60,302 nucleotides of DNA from Acutalibacteraceae bacterium (lineage in GTDB: Bacteria > Bacillota > Clostridia > Oscillospirales > Acutalibacteraceae), in the NCBI GenBank assembly GCA_045221075.1, contig JBGUWL010000147.1:1-60302 (forward strand), read 5' to 3'. The position numbers and the translations under genes are program-made. How positions within the stretch are numbered: the stretch's first letter is position 1; every line of letters begins with the position of its first letter. Shown piece by piece: positions 1 to 7,023 of the stretch. The notes beneath the pieces are model-generated. The model searched no databases and was not told the DNA's origin. It saw only the letters and a program-made list of their open reading frames with translations.

Positions 1-83
1 TTTTAATATTACTCGATTTCTAATTATAAGTCGCCAACTTTAGGCGGCTTTTTCCTTTTTATATGGGGTTTTTAGAGGTTCCC
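1..83. repeat. Left copy of an 83-bp perfect terminal inverted repeat of the window (partner 60217..60299)
   Basis: Reverse complement of 60217..60299 is identical base for base to 1..83 (checked by hand). The match stops at 84 and 60216. Confidence 0.95.
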
Positions 84-98
84 ATAATGTATATTATC

Positions 99-134
99 AA
101 AAAACCGCTTGCCTGAGCCTCCAGACAAACGGTT
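99..134 (-). terminator. Candidate rho-independent terminator downstream of pduL
   Basis: AACCGCTTGCCTG / CAGACAAACGGTT inverted repeat with G-U wobbles. An A6 run on the plus strand gives a U-run on the minus strand. Confidence 0.5.
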
Positions 135-281
135 TTGATACGGAACACAGTGACATCAAGGAAACACCGGATCACACCCGGGGCGTTTCGCCGCGGCTTT
201 GCGTATGATCTGCCGGAGAATGATCCCCGCCGGAGCGGGAAATATCCGCCGGCCTATCGCCGCTTCCGGGAGGATAAGGGA

Positions 282-848
282 TCAGACGATGATCTCGCCC
301 TCAACGTTGCCTGCAACTGCGGCAGCGTTAGCCTCATCGGTGTCGATGTGCATTGCGGGAGCAAATCTGTCGCTTACTCTTACAACAACGTCACCGAAGA
401 CCAGCTTTCTGCCCTCGCCGCCCAGAGCGACACTTACGATCTGCTTGTCCTTGAAGCCGTTATCCTCTGCGGTCTTTGTATCAAAATGGATATGTCTCTT
501 GGCTGCGATAACGCCCTGAGGAATATCGATCTCACCCTTGGGTCCGATGAGCTTGCATCCGGGTGTGCCGGCAACGTCGCCGGATTCTCTTACGGGGGGA
601 ACAATACCCAGCTTGCGGGCGTCTGTCATAGAAACCTCTACCTGACAGTCGGGTCTTACGGGGCCGAGGATAGAGCAGGTCAGCTCACCCTTGGGGCCGA
701 CTACGGTAACCTTTTCAAAGCAAAGGAACTGTCCGGGCTGGGAAAGGTCCTTTTTGTTGGTCAGCTCTGCGCCCTTACCGAAGAGAGTTTCAAGAGCCTC
801 CTGAGTAACGTGTACATGACGAGCGGATGTTTCAACAAGAATTTTCAT
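282..848 (-). CDS. pduL: PduL-family phosphotransacylase (phosphate propanoyl/acetyltransferase)
   Basis: 188-aa ORF starting MKILVETSARHVHV. The duplicated half-domain signature (SARHVH ... AKRHIH, GPxG) matches PduL as I remember it. The 300-aa plus-strand ORF 135..1037 is its antisense shadow. Confidence 0.85.
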   Translation of the reverse strand: MKILVETSARHVHVTQEALETLFGKGAELTNKKDLSQPGQFLCFEKVTVVGPKGELTCSILGPVRPDCQVEVSMTDARKLGIVPPVRESGDVAGTPGCKLIGPKGEIDIPQGVIAAKRHIHFDTKTAEDNGFKDKQIVSVALGGEGRKLVFGDVVVRVSDRFAPAMHIDTDEANAAAVAGNVEGEIIV

Positions 849-1024
849 AGTGTGATTCTCCCTTTTTATTTTTTCAGCATTGTATGCATTGCTTTATACC
901 TCTATTTTACAACTATTTTACTCAAATGTAAATATCAAACAGCAATAAAACCGCAAAAAATGCGCCCGCTGCCGGACGCATTTTTCTGTAATTTATCAGT
1001 CGTTCAATTGTCTGCGGTCACACA

Positions 1025-1708
1025 TCAGGGAGTATAGTCTGACCATGCGCCGGCATTGTACTTGTACTTTGTCTTTTCAACGCCGCGTCCGGCCTTTGCG
1101 GCAACGGAGATGTCTACCTTGTAGATCTTTCCGCCGTAGTCATTGCCAAACTCGGTATCGCCGGTCTGATAACCTTCCTTGCCTGCATAGATGTCCTCAT
1201 CCGGCACACCGGAGTTGAAGATGATCTTTGTGGCCTCTACGGGCATTACACAGCGGTAGATATCGGTGTCGCCTACCTTTTCCATCTGAACGCCGGGCCA
1301 TGACTTGTCAAGCACCTGGGTGCCGTTCTCGCCGTTGGCGGGATAGGCCTCGCCGGTGAGCTTGTTGGTAATAAGATGGAAGTCATCATTCCACCAATAG
1401 GCATATACGTTCTGCCACTTGGTCTCACTGTTGTCAAAGTATACATAATCCTTTACGTCCGCTTCGGCGGCGCTGTTGTCTGTCTTGCTCTCGTCAGTTG
1501 TGCTTTCGTCAGTCGTACTCTCGTCGGTCGTGCTTTCGTCAGTCGTACTCTCGTCGGTCGTGCTCTCGGTGGTGTTATCTGCAGAGGCCTCTACGGATGA
1601 ATCCGCTGTTGAGGCGGTGCTTGTGCTGTCGTTCTTTCCGCATCCGGACACTGAAATAGCCAGCATCAGAGCAAAGACAGCCATGCCGTATTTTGTGATT
1701 TTTCTCAT
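1025..1708 (-). CDS. Secreted lipoprotein with an acidic STTDE-repeat linker and a C-terminal CBM25/26-like carbohydrate-binding module
   Basis: ATG at 1708 is preceded by GGAGGAG. Signal peptide with lipobox ISVSGC. The (E)STTD repeat occurs 5 times. The C-terminal part is DYVYFDN..W.NVYAYWW...SWPGVQM....IYRCV.P....KIIFNSG....YQTGD, the aromatic/WPG/IFN/QT pattern of starch-binding CBM25/26 modules. Confidence 0.75.
   Translation of the reverse strand: MRKITKYGMAVFALMLAISVSGCGKNDSTSTASTADSSVEASADNTTESTTDESTTDESTTDESTTDESTTDESKTDNSAAEADVKDYVYFDNSETKWQNVYAYWWNDDFHLITNKLTGEAYPANGENGTQVLDKSWPGVQMEKVGDTDIYRCVMPVEATKIIFNSGVPDEDIYAGKEGYQTGDTEFGNDYGGKIYKVDISVAAKAGRGVEKTKYKYNAGAWSDYTP
1486..1575. 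repeat. Six tandem 15-nt units encoding the STTDE linker, including an exact 30-nt duplication (1501..1530 = 1531..1560)
   Basis: Read directly: TGCTTTCGTCAGTCGTACTCTCGTCGGTCG occurs twice in tandem, flanked by diverged 15-mers. Confidence 0.9.
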
Positions 1709-1855
1709 TGGAATCTCCTCCGTTCTTTGAGCAGGGCGCTCTTTTGGTGATACCATTATACCACAAAGGAGGAGCTTATGGAACCGAAAACAAAAAAGTT
1801 TACGGTTAGTTCATCACTTTTTTAAAATTTCCGGAACAAGAAAACAGCCGAAGGA

Positions 1856-2434
1856 TCAATATGTATGGTCGCATATTTCCCTGATCTTCTGCTGCAGCTT
1901 CAGGAAGTCTTCAAAGGCCGCAGGCTTGTTATTGGGATTTCTGAGCAGGGCTGCGGGGTGCAGTATGGGCATCATGAGGACGCCGTTTTTCTCAAAGAAC
2001 ATTCCGTGTTCCTTCATGATCTTGATGTCGGGCTTGATGATCTTTGCCGCTGCGATACGCCCAAGGCACACGATGATCTTGGGACGCAGTATTGCAAACT
2101 GCCGTCTCAGCCAGGTTATGCACTGCTCCTGTTCCTCGGGAAGGGGATCACGGTTCTTCGGCGGGCGGCACTTGACTATGTTTGCAATGTAGATGTTTTT
2201 GTGACGGTCAAGGTCCACCGCCGCCAGCATTTTGTCAAGAAGCTGACCGCCCCTGCCCACAAAGGGCTCGCCCTTCAGGTCCTCGTTTTCGCCGGGACCC
2301 TCGCCGATGAACATGACCTCGGCATTGTCAACTCCCACACCGAACACCACATTGTTCCGTGTTTCACAAAGTCCGCACTTGCGGCACTCAAGACATTCCT
2401 GTCTCAGCGCCTGAAATTCTTCGTTCTTTATCAT
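1856..2434 (-). CDS. Uracil-DNA glycosylase, family 4
   Basis: 192 aa. Has an N-terminal Cys cluster [10 protein letters not shown] plus the GEGPGENED and [10 protein letters not shown] motifs typical of family-4 UDG. Confidence 0.9.
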   Translation of the reverse strand: MIKNEEFQALRQECLECRKCGLCETRNNVVFGVGVDNAEVMFIGEGPGENEDLKGEPFVGRGGQLLDKMLAAVDLDRHKNIYIANIVKCRPPKNRDPLPEEQEQCITWLRRQFAILRPKIIVCLGRIAAAKIIKPDIKIMKEHGMFFEKNGVLMMPILHPAALLRNPNNKPAAFEDFLKLQQKIREICDHTY

Positions 2435-2777
2435 TGTGTTTTTCCTCCTCTTCTGCCGGAAGATATATAGAGGATATATAGTAGTTTCCCTCCGACATTC
2501 CGCTCCCGCCGGCAGTGCATATTATGCAATTAATAACGCCTGAAATCCGGAATCCGCTCTCTGAAAACAGTGGTTTCATTCCGCTTTTCAGCCCAGGTAA
2601 GACTATCACGCCCTCGGGTTTTCAATATCTTTCAGGCATGCGCCCTCCCCGCAGGTTCCGCCCGCCGGAACGGCGCATGGATCTTGTATTGCTGCACACA
2701 GGACACCTGTGCCCGGAAAAGCTGATATTGACCACTCCGGTTCAAGATCCGGTCCTGCTGTCTGACACAAGCGTTAT

Positions 2778-3437
2778 TCATCCGATTTTTACTATATCCG
2801 TAAACAGGCAATAAGCCTTCGGGGTCTTTTTGTTCCTGTGAAGGCTGCCGAAAAACCACTTCTTGTACTCAACCTGATGAGAAAGCTCGTCAAGGAAGGT
2901 GGACGTGGGGGTTTTTGTGCAGCGCCGCTCCACAAGCGCCATATCCGTCATTGAGGGCTGATGGGTCACGATATAGTCCACCCTGCGTCCCACGGAGTTG
3001 AGATTCTCAACGGCGTAGGCCATTTCCTCAAGTGTGGGCTGTTCCTCTTTCCACCATGTCCCGTTTTCGATCCTGATGTCCTTGTCGGCGCTCTCGCCTC
3101 CGCCAAAAACAAAGAAGGTCTTGTTTTCGATGGTGAATATCTCCCCCCTGAGCAGGCGGTAGACGTTATTCGCCACCTTCTGCACTCTGCCTCCGTACAG
3201 TTCCCCCACGGGGCAGGATTTCAGCATGGAAAAGTTCTCGTGTGTTCCGTCAATAAAAAGAGTCTTGAACCGCTTTTCACTTATCCTTCTCAGAGCGGCT
3301 CTTTCCCCGGCAGAACCGTCCCACAAAAAACCAAAGTCGCCGCACACCAGCAGCACGTCGTCTTCACCCAGCTTTTTCAGCTTTTTGTTTTCATAGCGGC
3401 TGTATTCGCCGTGCATATCTCCGGTAATGTATATCAT
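2778..3437 (-). CDS. Metallophosphoesterase family protein
   Basis: 219 aa. The motifs ITGDMHG ... VCGDFGF ... GTHENF fit the calcineurin-like phosphoesterase metal-binding pattern. Confidence 0.7.
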   Translation of the reverse strand: MIYITGDMHGEYSRYENKKLKKLGEDDVLLVCGDFGFLWDGSAGERAALRRISEKRFKTLFIDGTHENFSMLKSCPVGELYGGRVQKVANNVYRLLRGEIFTIENKTFFVFGGGESADKDIRIENGTWWKEEQPTLEEMAYAVENLNSVGRRVDYIVTHQPSMTDMALVERRCTKTPTSTFLDELSHQVEYKKWFFGSLHRNKKTPKAYCLFTDIVKIG

Positions 3438-3740
3438 TTTTTCACCTATCCTTGGCGGTCATATACCGCAAGAGCTTTTTGCCGTAATATCAGCTTTCCC
3501 CTTTTTTCGCGAAACTTCCAAAGCAGCTGCAAACAGTATCACTACATTTCGGTAATTTAATCGCAATAAATTCTTGCATTATTCCATTTGAGTTTTCACA
3601 TCAAATCAGGTAAAATAATAGTTGGCAAGGGCTGTGCCGCCGATGCAAAATGCCGGCAGCACCGGCCGCCGCGGTACGTCAGACCCTCCTGCGGAGCTTA
3701 TCCGCTTACTCAATTATATCACGGGAGCAGTGGTTTTTCC

Positions 3741-5075
3741 ATGAAAAAAATAGTTACAATTTTTCTCTCTGCTGTGATCCTGCTGTCTGCTTTTATCATA
3801 CCCGCAACAGAGGTCAGGGCAGCGGAATACAACATTGATTTTAAAACAAACTGTACGGCATTGTACCTTGAAAACATAGACACCGAGACCGTTGTCTATA
3901 CAAAAAATCCTGACGAGCGCCGCTATCCGGCCTCTACCACAAAGATAATGACCTACATCATCACCGCCGAAAACGTCAAGGACATAAAAAACACCTATGT
4001 CACCGTCAAAAGCAGCGTGCTTCACATGCTTGACGGCACGGGAAGCTCCATGGCCGGACTCAAGGAGGACGAAAAGCTGACGGTATATCAGCTTCTCCAC
4101 TGTCTGATGATACCCTCCGGCAACGATGCCGCCCTTGTTCTGGCGGATTATATCGGCGGCGGAAACATCAGCAAATTCGTTGATATGATGAACAAAAAGG
4201 CAAAGGAGCTGGGCTGTGAGAACACACACTTTGCAAACCCCCACGGACTCAGCGATCCCGACCATTACACCACCGTCCGTGATATGGCCGTTATCACAAA
4301 GCACGCCCTTTCTCTTCCGGAATTCCTGAATATTTCCAACACCGTTACCTCCGACATCATCGGTGAGGACAGATATCTTGTCACCACCAACTCAATGATA
4401 GACGAGAACAGGGGCGGCGATCTCTACTACAGCCCCGCAAAGGGCATCAAGACCGGCTCTACAGGAAACGATTCGGGCTTCTGCCTTGTTTCTACCGCTT
4501 CAAAGGGCGGATATACCTATCTGTGTGTTGCCTATGGCGCTCCATACGAAAACGACAAGGGCGAGGAATACGAAAACGGCGCAATGCAGGATTCCATCAA
4601 TCTTTACGAATGGGCCTTTGACAACCTGAGCATCAAGACCATCATGGACAAAAACGACCTTGTAAAAGAGATCAGGCTGGAATTTGCCTGGAACAAGGAC
4701 ACACTTCAGCTTGCACCTGCCATCACCTATTCCACCATTCTGCCGGATGATGTTGACATCTCAAGCATCGACCGCACCTATAACCTGCCCGACAGCATCG
4801 AAGCCCCCATCAAAGAGGGGGACATTGTGGGTACCGTGACCCTGAGCTATGCAAATCAGGAGCTTTGCACCATTGACCTTATCGCAACGGAGAACATCGA
4901 CCGCAGCGAGCTGCTCTCCGCCATTGACGCAATCAAAAATGTTGTGACCTCAAAGTGGTTCATCATTTCCGTTATATCCATCGCAGGTCTTATTTTCATT
5001 TACATTATCATATTCATGGTTTACAAGCGCAAGAAAAAATCCCAGCGCCCCGTCAGAAAATACCGCAAATTCTAG
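3741..5075 (+). CDS. D-alanyl-D-alanine carboxypeptidase (peptidase S11) with a C-terminal membrane anchor
   Basis: Start moved to ATG 3741 (MKKIVTIFLSAVILL signal). Active-site motifs are PASTTKIMT (SxxK), PSGND (SxN) and KTGST (KTG). The C-terminal TM is FIISVISIAGLIFIYIIIFMV followed by a basic tail. Confidence 0.85.
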   Translation: MKKIVTIFLSAVILLSAFIIPATEVRAAEYNIDFKTNCTALYLENIDTETVVYTKNPDERRYPASTTKIMTYIITAENVKDIKNTYVTVKSSVLHMLDGTGSSMAGLKEDEKLTVYQLLHCLMIPSGNDAALVLADYIGGGNISKFVDMMNKKAKELGCENTHFANPHGLSDPDHYTTVRDMAVITKHALSLPEFLNISNTVTSDIIGEDRYLVTTNSMIDENRGGDLYYSPAKGIKTGSTGNDSGFCLVSTASKGGYTYLCVAYGAPYENDKGEEYENGAMQDSINLYEWAFDNLSIKTIMDKNDLVKEIRLEFAWNKDTLQLAPAITYSTILPDDVDISSIDRTYNLPDSIEAPIKEGDIVGTVTLSYANQELCTIDLIATENIDRSELLSAIDAIKNVVTSKWFIISVISIAGLIFIYIIIFMVYKRKKKSQRPVRKYRKF

Positions 5076-5194
5076 CCAGCGTGACGCTGGGGTCTCGCCT
5101 GTCGGCTCGGTCGGCGCTGCTGCTGCGCAGCGGTGTCCACCGGACACCCGCGCCCCTCCGGGAGGGAGTTAAATGCCGCATATAGCGGCACTTT

Positions 5195-5225
5195 CCGGCT
5201 GTCTTCTTCAGGCAGCCGGATTTTT
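5195..5225 (+). terminator. Hairpin plus T-run inside repeat unit B1; probable terminator of the upstream carboxypeptidase gene
   Basis: CCGGCTG-N11-CAGCCGG followed by ATTTTT. Confidence 0.6.
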
Positions 5226-5598
5226 GCGCTTTTCATAGTTTAGCGTGCCTGGTGCGTGACCGGCGCAGAGCCTGCGCTCCCGTGTTCGCGGCGGTCGCTT
5301 CGCTGACGCTGCGCTCTGGGCTCGGGCAGGACACTTTTACTCCCGCGGTTCCCTCCCTCAGTCAGCTTCGCTGACAGCAGTCTCGCCTGTCGGCTCGGTC
5401 GGCGCTTCTGCTGCGCAGCGGTGTCCACCGGACACCCGCGCCCCTCCGGGAGGGAGCCTTGAAGCCTCCCTCTTTGAGGGATGAGTGACGCCCCAAGAAG
5501 CGGAGCCGAAGGCGAACGCTGATTGGATTGCGGAACTTATGCAAAGCTGGTGGCGCGCAGCGCCGGAGGGAGTTAAATGCCGCATATAGCGCCACTTT

Positions 5599-5630
5599 CC
5601 GGCTGTCTTCTTCAGGCAGCCGGATTTTTT
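5599..5630 (+). terminator. Second copy of the same hairpin plus T-run (repeat unit B2)
   Basis: CCGGCTG-N11-CAGCCGG followed by ATTTTTT. Confidence 0.5.
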
Positions 5631-5955
5631 GCGCTTTTCATAGTTTAGCGTGCCTGGTGCGTGACCGCGCTGGACGAGTGCCAACGCATTCAGCTCCATC
5701 ACTCCCGCCCGCGTCGTGAACCATAAAGGTTCACTTTGGCTGTTTTATTCCACGTCTTACCTTTCTTCGTATTGAGAATAAAGATGTTCATACAACACTT
5801 CCGTGTCCCGACCCGAGAAAAGCCGTATCCGCGGCACATGACTGCAGGATGCAGCTGAACCGGAGCGCGAAGCAGGGTGCGGCAGCTTGCCGCCGGTGAA
5901 CCTTTTGGCTTGTGCTTCATAGTATGGAATATAAGAAATAAAAGGAGGAATAATA

Positions 5956-6801
5956 ATGACAGATAATGTTCTGTGCAGCGGCTGTGACGAATGTGAGCAG
6001 ACCGGCAGGATAAAAGAGGCTGTCTGCATAAACGCTTCACGCATCTATGATTCATGTTCGGACAAGGACTGCCTTGAGGATCTTCCCGTGCTTCTGACAA
6101 AGCCCGGTCAGTGCATGATCGACAAGGCCGCCGGAGTGCGGCTCAATGACGTCAGTGTAGGCAGCGTCTCCATAGGTCTGCAGCCCATACCCTTCAACAA
6201 GGGCTTCTATGCGGTGGATATGACATTCTATTTTGATGTGTGTCTTGATGTGTTCATGGCGCCCAACGCTCTGCCCATGCCCGTAAAGGGTCTTGCTGTG
6301 TTCTCTAAGAGAGCCGTGCTTTTCGGCAGCGACGGCAGCGTCAAGGTGTTCACTTCGGAATGCGGCGCAGACGCTCCCGACGGTCAGAGCCTTCCCACAA
6401 GGACCTGCCCCAAGGCCGTTGTACAGGTGGCCGAGCCTATCCCGCTTTGCGCAAAGTTAGCCGACAAAAACACCTGCCCCTGTGTGCCTCCCTGCCGCAT
6501 ACCCGAAAGCATAATGAGACGCTACGGCGGCGAGTTCGTCAGCACGGAAGCCGACAAACAGGTGCTTGTCTCTATAGGTCTGTTTTCTATCGTACAGCTT
6601 GAGCGCAATGTCCAGATGCTTATTCCCGCATACGACTTCTGCATCCCCCATAAGGAGTGTGTTTCAAGCTCTGAGGACCCCTGTGAGCTTTTCAGCAGTA
6701 TTGAATTCCCCACAAACGAATTCTTTCCCTCAAAGCTCTCCTGTGACAGCACACCCCCCTGCGGCTGCCGCAGCGCTTCAAACCAGGACGGTATGATCTG
6801 A
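5956..6801 (+). CDS. Cysteine-rich hypothetical protein (20 Cys in 281 aa)
   Basis: Strong SD AAGGAGG lies 8 nt upstream of the ATG. N-terminal CSGCDEC...C...C....C cluster and C-terminal CPCVPPC / PPCGC motifs. I cannot name a family. Confidence 0.7.
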   Translation: MTDNVLCSGCDECEQTGRIKEAVCINASRIYDSCSDKDCLEDLPVLLTKPGQCMIDKAAGVRLNDVSVGSVSIGLQPIPFNKGFYAVDMTFYFDVCLDVFMAPNALPMPVKGLAVFSKRAVLFGSDGSVKVFTSECGADAPDGQSLPTRTCPKAVVQVAEPIPLCAKLADKNTCPCVPPCRIPESIMRRYGGEFVSTEADKQVLVSIGLFSIVQLERNVQMLIPAYDFCIPHKECVSSSEDPCELFSSIEFPTNEFFPSKLSCDSTPPCGCRSASNQDGMI

Positions 6802-6953
6802 CTGGACAGAACTAAAACACAATACTGCAAAGTCAGTCAGATCCCGATGCTTAGCAGACGCCGCTTTCCGGAATCGAACCGAAAGACGCGAATTATTCAG
6901 TGGTACCATGATATTCCGCCCTTGCAAAAGAAATAACAGCGTTCCGTCAGGAC

Positions 6954-7002
6954 GGAAAAACGGCGCATCCCGATCTTATGCGGGATACGCCGTTTGTTTT
7001 TT
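6954..7002. terminator. Bidirectional rho-independent terminator between convergent genes
   Basis: 12-bp GC-rich stem CGGCGCATCCCG / CGGGATACGCCG with one mismatch. It is flanked by an A-run upstream and TTTGTTTTTT downstream. Confidence 0.8.
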
Positions 7003-7023
7003 GTGTTTGATTTTGTGTCATAA

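Larger units (their letters stand above)
5076..5905. repeat. GC-rich mosaic intergenic repeat block R1 (BIME/REP-like family)
   Basis: Begins right after the stop codon. Two 77-bp units (5092..5168, 5380..5456) and two ~102-bp units (5161..5262, 5565..5667) are near-identical. It shares 20-70-bp motifs with 35797..36000, 40403..41070, 45203..45765 and 59038..59300. Confidence 0.85.

Noticed and set aside
135-1037. 300-aa plus-strand ORF overlapping pduL
   Set aside because: It is entirely antisense to a well-supported PduL ORF, has no SD, and its composition is typical of a shadow frame.
2736-2752. tRNA-like T-arm (TCCGG-TTCAAGA-TCCGG)
   Set aside because: No complementary acceptor-stem 5' strand, D-arm or anticodon arm could be placed at the required distances on either strand.
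5076-5905. CRISPR array interpretation of the recurring GC-rich palindromic motifs
   Set aside because: There is no constant repeat length or regular repeat-spacer periodicity. Motifs are shuffled and in both orientations. No cas genes are present in the window.
5240-6100. ORFs inside the GC-rich repeat blocks (for example 5358..5702, 5699..6100, 40396..40791, 45487..45909, 59079..59540) sharing peptides such as PTEPTGET and SRSGSAAS
   Set aside because: The shared peptides simply reflect repeated DNA motifs. Copies differ by indels and clustered substitutions with no codon periodicity. The ORFs lack SDs, and they overlap hairpins and terminators.
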